Source: Endomicrobiales bacterium (GTDB lineage Bacteria > Elusimicrobiota > Endomicrobiia > Endomicrobiales > CAWCFT01). Taken from it: DNA of 64,000 nt. Where the stretch lies: contig CAWCFT010000016.1 of the NCBI GenBank assembly GCA_963794945.1, positions 47,339-111,338 of the forward strand, read 5' to 3'. Positions 1 through 10,478 of the stretch are shown piece by piece; the stretch's first letter is position 1; the number at the start of each line of letters is the position of its first letter. The notes under the pieces were generated by a model that saw only the letters and a program-made list of their open reading frames with translations, searched no databases and was not told the DNA's origin. A program made the position numbers and the translations under genes.

Positions 1-790
1 GCATCGGATATTTGTATAGATTGTTTTGCCCAAAATCCCCACTTTTGATTTTTTCTATCGAAGTTGCGGTAAATTCCAGCACAACACTAGGCATTAATTC
101 ATAAATCGCTTCAGCCGTTTTCTTTTGCTGGTAGTGATGTGCTTCGTCAGAAATTATAACCGGCCGGCGTTCTCGCAAAAACTCAACAAATGATATGGTA
201 TGATTTCCACTTTTATCTCGCCAAACTGATTCTTCAAGTGGTCGTTTTACATAAGGAACACCTTTCATCGTGTCTTCTTCATCTTTTTGACCAGAAGTAC
301 CTTTATCATAAAATTTCTGCATATTAAAAACATAGAATGAAATGTCTTTATCATCCTCATAATTGCAGGTTTTATCACGGTATGAATTGCCTGTCACCAA
401 GTTATATGACAAGTTCCAGCCATCACCAAAAATGCTTTTTACCGCACGAGGCGTGAAATTTTCTATCGTTTTATCAAACAAAATAGTGTTTGGAGTTAAA
501 ATCAGAAAATCCTTTTGCCCCTTATGCCACAAATCTAAAATTGCCGCCCCCATAAGCAAAGTTTTTCCGGAACCAGTCGCCATTTCAAAACCTATCTTGT
601 GCCATTGTACGGATTTACCTTCTTCATTTTTGCTTTCTTGCAAAGTTTTTTGTTTCAGGCTTCTGCTATCAAAAGCATCTTTGTCAAATAGCTGAAAAAC
701 ACTCAACGCTTCCATCTGATAAGGACGCAGTGAATACTTTAGTAATTTCTGAATTTTATTAAAATTCTCAATCGTTTTAGGCGAAGCCAT
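1..790 (-). CDS. res: Type III restriction enzyme Res subunit (SF2 helicase), N-terminal part, runs off the window edge
   Basis: Manual translation from ATG at 790: MASPKTIENF...SLRPYQMEAL (Q motif)...FEMATGSGKT (Walker A)...IISDEAHH (Walker B)...LEFTAT (motif III). Absent from the ORF track because there is no stop in the window. Lies directly downstream of a Mod gene. Confidence 0.85.
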   Translation of the reverse strand, partial: MASPKTIENFNKIQKLLKYSLRPYQMEALSVFQLFDKDAFDSRSLKQKTLQESKNEEGKSVQWHKIGFEMATGSGKTLLMGAAILDLWHKGQKDFLILTPNTILFDKTIENFTPRAVKSIFGDGWNLSYNLVTGNSYRDKTCNYEDDKDISFYVFNMQKFYDKGTSGQKDEEDTMKGVPYVKRPLEESVWRDKSGNHTISFVEFLRERRPVIISDEAHHYQQKKTAEAIYELMPSVVLEFTATSIEKIKSGDFGQNNLYKYPM

Positions 791-843
791 ACCTTTTATA
801 ATTTTGTATTGTTGATCTTGGCTGACTAAATCGTAAAATGTTT

Positions 844-2568
844 TCATAATAAATTGTATTCCTTTAGTATGGTGGATGGTATCTTCTTAATAAGCACCCG
901 CTCATCAAGCACTTCCGATGGAACACCAACGGCGACGTTAGTAAAGATTGTTAAATGTTTAAATTTCTCTCTTTCCAAGCCAGCAATAATTTTATCGTAG
1001 AGTTCTTCATTTAATGTAGCTATATCTCTCGAAGCAAAAGAGATCGCGAAATGATACCTTGCAGACTGATGTCTACCAAGATATACATTTTCTTTGTCGA
1101 GCCATTCGGATTTTTGTGGCCGGTATTGGAAATGCAAAAATATTGCCTCGGACATTTCCGCGGCTTTCAATTTCCAATTCATATCTTGACCGTTAATTAG
1201 ACTCTCGCCGAGTTTGTAATATTTGAAACCACTACCACCTTCCCAATTAATATCTTTACTCACCCCTGTTTGATCTTCTCCGTTTATCACTTTTTGCAAG
1301 CGGGGAACTATCAATTCTTCTGCTTGTCTACCCATTTCCACCATTAACCATTGTCGCCCCATTTTATGAGCAACTGCACCAGTGGTTCCTGAACCAGCAA
1401 AAGAATCACAAACTATATCACCAACCTCTGTTGATAACTCTAGAACTCTTCTGATAAGTGGCTCTGGTTTCTTCCCATTTTTAAAAATGACTGCACCCTC
1501 TGAAGCAATACCTGTCCAAGAAATATTGGTCCAAACATCGGTAATCACCTCTCCAGGTACAGTATCGCCATTAATATTGATTAATCTTTTGTCATAAAAA
1601 AGTATTTGTTCGCCATTAAGTATGTAGAAGCCTTCAACGTCTTCATTAACATGAACAAACACTTTTCCATTATTATTTTTAGATTTTTGAATAGTTGCCG
1701 CACGTTTTTTGGCAGCACCACCACCAATGGCGGCAGTACGAAATACTCGATCTGCATTTTTTACAGCAAATTGAGATATTTCATAAAGAAAACTATTTCC
1801 TAATATTTGCTTTGCCTTTTTAGGATTCTCGTAACCTTGCAGCTTGGCGACAACATCAGCTATGTTTTCCCACTGCCATTTTTTATAAGGCAAAGATTTG
1901 TCATTCAATACTTTGTTATAAGCAGAATCATAATCTTTCCGTATGTAAACCTTTTTTAACGGATAACCTATTTTCTCTTTCGCATATACCAATAAGTAGT
2001 TGGCTGTAGAAAATATTTTTCCCCCTGTCGCTTTGAATCCTGATGGATCGTTAGTCGTAATACAAATAGTATTGCAATAATTTTTTCTACCAAATATTTC
2101 GTCGAGTAAAATTTTAGCGTAGGCCATCTCTGCAGTATCAAGGTGCACAAATATCAAGCCATCTGTTCTTAAAAGTTTCCTAAGTAAAAAAAGCCTATCT
2201 CTCATCATTGTCAACCATTCCGAGTGTTCAAGATTGTCATCGTATTTTTCAAATGCAGTGCCCGTGTTAAATGGCGGATCAATATAAATACATTTGACTT
2301 TATTTTTTTCTGGTTTTCCTTTAAACATTTCAACTAAACTTCTAAGAACCAAAAGATTATCCCCTTTTATGAGCATATTATTACTTGTTACATCACCATA
2401 GCTTTGTTCAAACCTTAAAATACGCGGCTCGGCAACTCGAATATCATTTTTTGGCACCCAAACAGGACGGACGCCCTTTCCTTCTTTCTCATCTATTTCA
2501 TAGAAGAGAGAAAGGTCTTTATTAATCCAGTCAAGCCTTAGTGAACCTTTGTAACTTTTATTTACCAC
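844..2568 (-). CDS. mod: Type III R-M Mod subunit, beta-class amino-methyltransferase
   Basis: IKGDNL, CIYIDPPFNTG (motif IV), GKKPEPLI, DSFAGSGTT (motif I), order IV-TRD-I; adjacent to Res. Confidence 0.88.
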   Translation of the reverse strand: MVNKSYKGSLRLDWINKDLSLFYEIDEKEGKGVRPVWVPKNDIRVAEPRILRFEQSYGDVTSNNMLIKGDNLLVLRSLVEMFKGKPEKNKVKCIYIDPPFNTGTAFEKYDDNLEHSEWLTMMRDRLFLLRKLLRTDGLIFVHLDTAEMAYAKILLDEIFGRKNYCNTICITTNDPSGFKATGGKIFSTANYLLVYAKEKIGYPLKKVYIRKDYDSAYNKVLNDKSLPYKKWQWENIADVVAKLQGYENPKKAKQILGNSFLYEISQFAVKNADRVFRTAAIGGGAAKKRAATIQKSKNNNGKVFVHVNEDVEGFYILNGEQILFYDKRLININGDTVPGEVITDVWTNISWTGIASEGAVIFKNGKKPEPLIRRVLELSTEVGDIVCDSFAGSGTTGAVAHKMGRQWLMVEMGRQAEELIVPRLQKVINGEDQTGVSKDINWEGGSGFKYYKLGESLINGQDMNWKLKAAEMSEAIFLHFQYRPQKSEWLDKENVYLGRHQSARYHFAISFASRDIATLNEELYDKIIAGLEREKFKHLTIFTNVAVGVPSEVLDERVLIKKIPSTILKEYNLL

Positions 2569-2639
2569 TGATCTCTTTCCTTATTGAGATTTGTTAATCA
2601 GAAACCACACCCGGGATATAGCATCGCTGCGTTACTTAC

Positions 2640-3824
2640 TCACAACAAAACTTCTTTCAGGAAACTCTTGCCGTTGTTCATTGGTTTTAAATCAAAGGCA
2701 TCGGCTATTGTTTGGGCGACGTCCGCGAAAGTTTGTCTTATGCCAAGGTCAACACCGCTCTTCACATTTTTGCCGTAAACAAGCAGCGGCACGTATTCTC
2801 TAGTATGGTCCGTGTGTTTTTTGAATGTCGGGTCGCAGCCATGGTCGGCCGTGATAATTAATACATCGTCATCCCGGAGTTTGTCAAGAAGCTCTGGAAG
2901 CAAATCATCAAAATCTTTTAACCCTTTCGCATAAGACTTTACATCTCTTCTATGACCCCAGAGCATGTCAAAATCCACAAGGTTTGTAAATATCAGAGAC
3001 TTTTTTATGTTGTCTTCCTTAGAAACAAGCCGCAGTGTGGCGTCAAAACACTCGCTGTTACCATGGGCGCGAACGCTCGCCGTAATCCCAGCCTTGTTGA
3101 AAATATCCTCTATCTTTCCGACCGCCGTAACACTTCCCCCGGCTTCCTTTATCCTGTTGAGTATCGTAGGCTTCGGCGGCGTCAGCGCGAAATCGCGCCG
3201 GTTCCCGGTCCTTGTGTATTGCCCATTCCCGCCTGTAAAAGGCCTGGCTATGACCCGTCCCACGGCGTTTGGGCCTTTTAGCATCCCTCGTGCGTCAACG
3301 CATATTTTATAAAGTTTTTCGAGCCCAAACGACCCTTCGTGAGCCGCTATCTGGAAGACTGAATCCGCCGATGTGTACACTATCGGATAACCTGTCCGCA
3401 CATGCTCGTCTCCAAGCCTGTTGATTATCTCAGTGCCGGAAGCCGTAACGTTGCCCAGCATTTTCGTGCCTATCAGTGTTTCGAATTCAGAGATGACTTC
3501 TTTGGGGAATCCATTTGGGTATACAGGGAAAGGTTTGCTTAGCACGGTTCCGGCCATTTCCCAGTGGCCGGCTGTCGTGTCTTTTGCCGGAGAGGCGCAC
3601 ATCATTTTGCCGTATGCGCCATTTATATCGCCAGTTGTCTCGCGTTTACTAGTTAGCAGATTATAAAGGCCTAGCCGCGCGAGGTTGGGCAGATCAAAAC
3701 CTTTCCCCATGGCGTCAAGAACGTGGCCCAGAGTATCGCTGCCGGCATCGCCGTATTTATCAGCGTTTGGCAAAGCGCCGATCCCCACACTGTCCAAAAC
3801 GATGATTATAAAACGGTTTATCAA
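2640..3824 (-). CDS. deoB: Phosphopentomutase
   Basis: [60 protein letters not shown]. Confidence 0.95.
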   Translation of the reverse strand: MINRFIIIVLDSVGIGALPNADKYGDAGSDTLGHVLDAMGKGFDLPNLARLGLYNLLTSKRETTGDINGAYGKMMCASPAKDTTAGHWEMAGTVLSKPFPVYPNGFPKEVISEFETLIGTKMLGNVTASGTEIINRLGDEHVRTGYPIVYTSADSVFQIAAHEGSFGLEKLYKICVDARGMLKGPNAVGRVIARPFTGGNGQYTRTGNRRDFALTPPKPTILNRIKEAGGSVTAVGKIEDIFNKAGITASVRAHGNSECFDATLRLVSKEDNIKKSLIFTNLVDFDMLWGHRRDVKSYAKGLKDFDDLLPELLDKLRDDDVLIITADHGCDPTFKKHTDHTREYVPLLVYGKNVKSGVDLGIRQTFADVAQTIADAFDLKPMNNGKSFLKEVLL

Positions 3825-3838
3825 TGAGAATCCTCATT

Positions 3839-5511
3839 CTACTTAACGAACAGATCTATGATCTTGAATTCCTTAACATTAACAAGCCCCTTATCGGTGA
3901 GTTTGATCTCGGGTATGACCGGAAGAGCAAGGAACGATAGCTGCATGAACGGGTCGGGTATATGCACCCCCAGCTGTGAGCTTAGCTTAATTAGCAGATC
4001 GAGCGACCTCGCGACATGTTCCAGCGTTCTGATCGGACATCAGGCCCGCGGTCGGAAGAGGCGGCTCTGCCCAGTACCCTTGATCCGTTAGAAACAGCGA
4101 GCCCTCCGCCCATCTTTATGACCTCAACAACCGCCGTGAATATACTTTCATCATCTGCGCCTACGGCTATTATATTATGCGAATCGTGCGCTACGGACGA
4201 AGCGATGGCCCCTTTCTTGAGGCCGAATCCCCTGACGAAGCCCTTTCCTATCTGCCCTGACGCGAGATGCCGTTCCACTACCACGAGCTTTAGTACGTCT
4301 CTTGAGGTATCGGAAACCGCTTTACCGTTGAGAGTTTTCACCGGAGCGGTTGACATTCTTGTAACTATCTGACCGGGCACAAGGTCTATAACATTTATCT
4401 CGCGGCCCTTGGCAGGTATGGAAAGGTCTTTTTGCTCCAGCCACTTTACGTTGACCGAACTTCTTATAGGTATTTTATGCGGTTTAATAGGCCTTACCGA
4501 AGAACCTTCTTTGGCGACAAGCTCACCCTTCTTGAATACCATCTCGACGTTAAAATCTTTCAGGTTGTCAATGACAGCTATATCGGCCTCATAGCCCGGC
4601 GCCACCGCGCCAAGGTTCTTAAGGCCAAAACACTCGGCCGGATTTAGTGTTACGGCCCTTACGGCATCGACTACAGGCACACCCCACCTGATAGCCTTTC
4701 TCACGAGGATATCGAGATGGCCCTTGAGCAGATCGTTAGGGTGCGTATCGTCAGTAACAAATATTATTCTGCGGTTATTGGCTGTACTGCAGAGCGGAAG
4801 GAGGTCGATGAGGTTCTTTGTCGCACTACCCTCCCTCATCATAATATACATGCCTTTGCGGAGTTTTTCCTTCGCCTCGGCCAGGTTGGTGCTCTCGTGT
4901 TCTGAGGCTATGCCGCTCGCGATATAAAAATCGAGGTCTTTGCCCTTTAGGCCCGGCGCATGGCCGTCCACATGTTTTGAGCTGGCCATACTTATCTTCT
5001 GCAATACATCTGGGTCAGAAGAGAGCACCCCCGGGAAATTCATCATCTCGCCAAGCCCCACGACCCAGTGGCCGCTTAGGAACGGGTAGAGGTCGAAAGA
5101 AGAAAGCCGGGCTCCTGAAGTTTCAAGGATAGACGACGGTACGCAGGATGGAAGCGTAAGAAAAAGGTTTATCGGCTGGTACTTCGCGGACTCCAGCATC
5201 CACTTGATGCCATCCAGGCCCAGGACATTCGCGATCTCGTGCGGGTCGGCGACTACGGATGTGGTGCCCGATTTTGATACAGCTCTCGCGAATTCTGATA
5301 CCCCCACGAGCGAGCTCTCTATGTGAATGTGCCCCTCGATGAACCCGGGAGTTATATACTTTCCGCTTATGTTGATCCGTTTCTTAGCCGGGTATTCTCC
5401 AAGGCCAACGATCTTTTCGCCCTGGATAGCCACGCTCTCAGGATATATCTCCCCGGAGAAAACGTTTATTAGTTTTCCACCGGTAAGCAGGATATCAACG
5501 GTTTGTTTCAT
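3839..5511 (-). CDS. ade: Adenine deaminase (apparent indels near 4000-4070)
   Basis: PGFIEGHIHIESS, DPHEIANV, GEMMNFPGV, SSVAHDSHN. The C-terminus DPFMQLSFLALPVIPEIKLTDKGL...LFVK* continues in another frame to TAG at 3839-3841. ATG at 5511 chosen as start. Confidence 0.9.
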
Positions 5512-5512
5512 T

Positions 5513-6466
5513 TTATCTCTTTTTACGTTTAAGTACTTTTTCGGCTGCGGACACGATATCAACATCCTTTAGGTGATAGAGTTTCATAAGGTCAGACGGT
5601 GATCCGGATTCGCCGAAGACATCATTTATTCCGACCATCTCAACCGGAACGGGGCACTTCTTGACCAGCACTTCGCTTACCGCGGAACCGAATCCGCCAA
5701 AAAGCTGGTGCTCTTCGGCCGTGACTATCGCGCCGCACTGCTCGGCCGCCTCGGTTATGGTTTTTTCATCTATGGGTTTGACCGTGTGAAGGTTAATTAC
5801 CCTAGCTGAAACACCTGATTTTTCCAAAATTTCAGCCGCCATTAGAGCTTCGTAGACCATTGCTCCGCAGGCAATTATCGCAACGTCCTTGCCGCCCTTT
5901 AACACCTCGGCTCTTCCGATCTCGAAAGGAGAATCGGCTTTTGTATGCATAGGGACATTCTCTCTTCCGAACCTTATGAAAACTGGCCCATTTATCGCGG
6001 CGGAAGCTATAGTCGCTTTCTTGGTCTCTTCGTAGTCGCAAGGAACTATAACGGTCATGTTCGGCAGGCAGCGCATTATAGAGATCTCCTCAAGCGCCTG
6101 GTGCGTGGCCCCGTCCGGGCCTACCAGCACTCCGGCGTGAGATCCGCCTATCTTGACATTGAGGTTAGAGTAGCAGACGGTGTTCCGTATCTGTTCCCAC
6201 GGGCGGCCTGCTGCGAACATGGAATATGTGGAAGCGTATGGTATCCAACCCGCGACGGCAAGCCCCGCGGCCATGCCTATGAGGTTTTGTTCAGCGACTC
6301 CTACATTAGCAAACCGCTCCGGGAATCTCTCTTGGAACATATTGATCGCGACCGACGAAGCCGTGTCTGCTCCCAGAACGAATATCTTAGAATTTTTCTC
6401 CCCTAGCGCCACAAGCCCTTCGCCGAAACCGTAGCGCGTAGCCTTCTTTCCAAAAACTTCTACCAT
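5513..6466 (-). CDS. tkt: Transketolase, C-terminal (pyrimidine-binding) subunit
   Basis: GVAEQNLIG, GPDGATHQALE, TAEEHQLFGGFGSAV. ATG at 6466 is preceded by AAAGGA; the track's TTG start at 6487 lies inside a repeat. Confidence 0.92.
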   Translation of the reverse strand: MVEVFGKKATRYGFGEGLVALGEKNSKIFVLGADTASSVAINMFQERFPERFANVGVAEQNLIGMAAGLAVAGWIPYASTYSMFAAGRPWEQIRNTVCYSNLNVKIGGSHAGVLVGPDGATHQALEEISIMRCLPNMTVIVPCDYEETKKATIASAAINGPVFIRFGRENVPMHTKADSPFEIGRAEVLKGGKDVAIIACGAMVYEALMAAEILEKSGVSARVINLHTVKPIDEKTITEAAEQCGAIVTAEEHQLFGGFGSAVSEVLVKKCPVPVEMVGINDVFGESGSPSDLMKLYHLKDVDIVSAAEKVLKRKKR

Positions 6467-6480
6467 GATTTTATTCCTTT

Positions 6481-6541
6481 CAATCAAATATCAAATACCA
6501 AAGGTTAAAATTTTTGATTTTTGATTCTTGATTATTGAATT
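6481..6541. repeat. Heptamer-periodic inverted repeat (intergenic)
   Basis: CAATCAA ATATCAA ATACCAA AGGTTAA followed by TTTGATT TTTGATT CTTGATT ATTGAAT. Confidence 0.7.
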
Positions 6542-7362
6542 TACCTGCTAACTGCCAACTCTTTTAGTGCTAATTCTAACTGCTCTTTATTTGGCGCCTT
6601 GCCGTGCCAGTCGGCGCTGTTTTCCATAAAAGATACGCCTTTGCCTTTTATTGTATGAGCGATTATGGCCGTTGGCTTTCCTTTGGTATTGCGGGCTGTC
6701 TCAAACGCGCCTATGACCTCGTTCAAATCATGTCCGTTTATCTCGAGCGTGTTCCAGCCGAACGAGCGGTATTTTTCGGAGATGGGTTCAATGTTCATTA
6801 CTTCGCCGACTTTCCCATCGATCTGCAGTCCGTTCAAGTCTACTATGCCGCAGAGATTGTCGAGCTTGAAATGGCCAGCCGACATAGCTGCTTCCCATAT
6901 AGAACCTTCCTGCTGCTCGCCATCCCCCATAAGAACGTATACGCGATTGGGCTTATTCTCTCTCTTATGCCCGAGCGCGGCCCCGACGCCTATAGATAAT
7001 CCGTACCCGAGCGACCCTGTAGAAACCTCAATGCCCGGTACATTCTTGTCTTTTGACGGGTGGCCCTGCGGCCGGCTGCCGGTTTTACGCAGGGTGCATA
7101 GTTCGGACGACTCGATGCAATGCAACTGTGCCAGAACGGCGTAAAGTACTGGGCACGCGTGGCCTTTTGAAAGTATAAAATAATCTCTGCAGGGATCCTG
7201 CGGTTTATTTGAGGAAAAATTCATTTCCTTGAAATACAGCGCGACCACTATCTCTACCGCTGAAAGACTTCCGCCCGGGTGCCCTGAGCCTGCCTGAGCT
7301 ATCATAGTGATAATGTCTTTTCTTACGTTTAATGCGATCTCCTTCAGTTGCTCTGTCTCCAC
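6541..7362 (-). CDS. tkt: Transketolase, N-terminal (TPP-binding) subunit
   Basis: SGHPGGSLS, LSKGHA, TGSLGYG, GDGEQQEG TPP motif, WHGKAP. Confidence 0.93.
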   Translation of the reverse strand: METEQLKEIALNVRKDIITMIAQAGSGHPGGSLSAVEIVVALYFKEMNFSSNKPQDPCRDYFILSKGHACPVLYAVLAQLHCIESSELCTLRKTGSRPQGHPSKDKNVPGIEVSTGSLGYGLSIGVGAALGHKRENKPNRVYVLMGDGEQQEGSIWEAAMSAGHFKLDNLCGIVDLNGLQIDGKVGEVMNIEPISEKYRSFGWNTLEINGHDLNEVIGAFETARNTKGKPTAIIAHTIKGKGVSFMENSADWHGKAPNKEQLELALKELAVSR

Positions 7363-7411
7363 TTTTGTTCCTCCGCTTATTTTGGGGTATTTAATGCTTT
7401 AAATAAAAACC

Positions 7412-10400
7412 TTACTCCGTCTCGGTGCTTTCGCCGTGTTTTCTTTTGAAATCTTTTTCCGGCGACACCGGGGATACAGTGCTTGTTTCTTCTTTTTCCG
7501 ACGTCTCGATTTCTTGCCTGAAATCCCTAAGCTCTGTCTTAGCTCTTGGAATAACAAACTGGAAGTTGGCCCCGCTATTGGGCTCACTCTCTACCCATAT
7601 CTGCCCGCCGTGCATCTCTACAATGGACTTGACTATCGCAAGGCCGAGGCCCGTGCCCGAGCTCGCACGAGTTATGCCGGAATCCACCTGGTAAAATTTT
7701 TCGAATACCTTCTTCTGGTCTTTCTTGTCGATCCCGATGCCGGTATCAGCGACCGAAAAAAGCACGAAATCTCCCCTGTCCATAGCAGAAACAGTTATCA
7801 TACCTCCGGCCGGTGTGAATTTTATGGAGTTGACCACGAGGTTATCGAAAACTTGAATGAGCCGCTGCCGATCTGCTTGTATCATAGGGAATGTCTCGGG
7901 TATGTGCGCGGTGAGCTTGAGTTTTTTGTTGGCAGCTTCCGCTGCCAGGTTAGTTATTACCGTAGAGACTATCTCTTTAGGATCGACAGGCCCCATTTGC
8001 AGTTTCAGCTGACCCGACTCGATGCTCGAAATATCCAGTAGGTCTGTTATAAGCACCGTCAGCCGGTCTATAGACTGGTCGGCTATTTGAAGGAACTTTT
8101 TCTGCTGGTTATTCAAATCGCCCGCCTCGCCGCCGAGCACGACCTTAACGAATCCCTTGACAGCCGTTAGAGGGGTCCTCAGCTCATGCGAGACCATAGA
8201 AATAAACTCGTTCTTTATCTGGTTAAGCTGTTCAAGCTCGTTCTTGGTTTCTCTTAATGAATTATAAAGCTGGGCGTTGCCTATAATGATCGCCGCCTGG
8301 TGGGCTATGAGGATCGCAAGCTTTAAATGGTCGTTAGTGTAGCAGTTGGCCTTGTGCCTGCCTATCCTTAAGACGCCTATGACACGGTTTTCGGCGCGAA
8401 GAGGAACAAGTATAAGCGACCTCACATCCCAAAGCTTTGAAGTCTGGCTCTTTATACGCGGATCGAGCGAAGCGTCCGGGCTGAGGAAAGGCTCGCCAGA
8501 GCGGAAGACCTGGGCAGAATGCGAATTGATGTCGTCGGTTTTAATGCGTAGCAGCACGGCCTCGTCCCCGCCAGTGAAATACGCTCCCTGCTGGGTCACA
8601 AGTTCGTTATTTTTTTCATCAAATATCAGCAATGCGCAGAGGTCGGCATCAAACGCACGGGTAGTGGTCGAGATCACCTTTTTAATTGTCTTATCCCAAA
8701 CAGGTTCGCTGGATATCGCCGAAGATATCTCCTGCAGCACCGTCAGATCGGAAACCCTCCGCTCGAGCTCGTGGTAAAGCCTGACGTTGTCTATTATGCC
8801 GGAAGCCCTGTCGGCGATAAGTTCCAAAATCCTCAGGTCATCCTGCGTGAACGGCGAACCGAACTTGTTGGCGACACCAAGCACCCCTATGTTCTTTTTC
8901 CCCGAGCGTAATGGCACTAGCACTAGCGAGTGCACACTAAAAAGGTTAGCAAGTATCGGTATGGCCGCCGCTGCTTCAGTCGGATCGTTGAACATGTGGT
9001 TCTTTCCTTCCTGAAGAACCGACTCCAGCGCCTTCACTTCATTTAAATGAAAATGCAGGTGTGAAAAGTCTTTGTCTTTTATTCCGAAGAACGGCGCGCA
9101 GGGTATCATCTCGTTCGATTCCGGGACGTATAGGAACAGGCCCACTGACTGTGTGCTTAGCAGGTCCTTTATCTTGTCCACTATCATCTCGAGTATTTCT
9201 TGAAGGTTTATTTTTGTCGCCGCGTACGCTGCTATATCAGAAAGGGCCTTCATCTCCCTGACCTTATGTATGAGGCGCGAGTTGGTCTGGATAAGCTCGC
9301 GGGTGGTTATTGAAACCTCGGTCTCCAGCCTGCGGTTGAGTTCCTGAACTCTCTCGTAAAGCTGAGAGTTGCGCAGCGCTATACCAAGATACTTGGCTAA
9401 TGTAGAAATAGTATTGACCCTGTCTTCGTTGAAGAATTTCTTTTCCGGCGTCCCAACGCTGAGCACCCCGACGCATTTGGCTTCCACAAGCAGCGGTATA
9501 TGCATGGAGGAATGCATACCTTCGTTTTCCAGCAGAAGCTTGTCCATGACCGAATCGGTATTCTCTAAGTCGTCATTGACTATTATAAGGCATTTCTGGT
9601 AAGCCTGACCTATCTGCCCTTCACCGGACCTTAGGTGAATGAGCTTGGCGTAATCCGGAGAGAGCCCTCTGTAGGATTTGACCCTCAAGAAACCGTCCTC
9701 TCCCGGCAGGGTTACAAAACATGCCGAATCGTGGAATTTTTTCCTTATCACATCGAGCACTATACCGAATATCTCGTTGACCTCTATGTGCGACGTCAGG
9801 GTTTGTGACACAGAAAAAAGCATCTTGAGAGTCGCGTTAGTGTCGTAAGCTTTTTCATTGAGGCTGTTGAGCTTGAAGAACATCTCGCGCCACTCTCTGT
9901 GCTGGGCGCCGGCATCTAGGGTCGCGTTCTCATCTTTTTCAAAGCTTTCCGTGAATTTCTGCAGTTTCATTAGCGGCAGGTAAAGATGCTTACGCAGGTA
10001 GAAAGAGACTGAGGATAATACAAGCACGAGCCAAAAAACGATCGCGGCCTGCTATGATGAACAGGTTCCTGTCCCTTGTCATCTCTTTGAAAATGAACTC
10101 CGGCGCAGGCCAGATCTTAAGCCATCCGGCTATTTTTCCGTTCTCAGCTATAGGGAGTTTTGTGAAAAGCTGCGAAATGATCTGCTCGCGTTTCTGGGGG
10201 CCCCGCGCGAAAATGATCTTGCCTTTTTCGTTCGCGACCGCCGACATTACTATTTCCTGCTGGCGTGATAATTTGTCAAGTACCGACTTGATCTGCTGGC
10301 GGTTTGGTTTTTCGGATATCATCCCGTATAGCACTTCGGTAGAGGAAGAACAGATTGGGGCAAAATATCTTGTGAGGAGCGATTGTATGTAAAGATAACC

Positions 10401-10478
10401 ACAGCAGGCGAAAACCGCGTTTATAAGCACCAGGATGAGCGCCACGTAGGCAATATATTTAAATATCAGCTTCTTCAT
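7412..10478 (-). CDS. Membrane sensor histidine kinase (TM-extracytoplasmic-TM, possible HAMP, 3 GAF, HisKA, HATPase); split by an apparent indel near 10035
   Basis: H-box SHELRTPL, N-box NLVVNSIKFT, DTGIGI, GTGLGL; three GAF-like repeats (e.g. SLVLVPL...GVL...F/Y..D.L). ORF 9990-10478 carries TM1 and overlaps ORF 7412-10027 at an A6 run. Confidence 0.85.
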
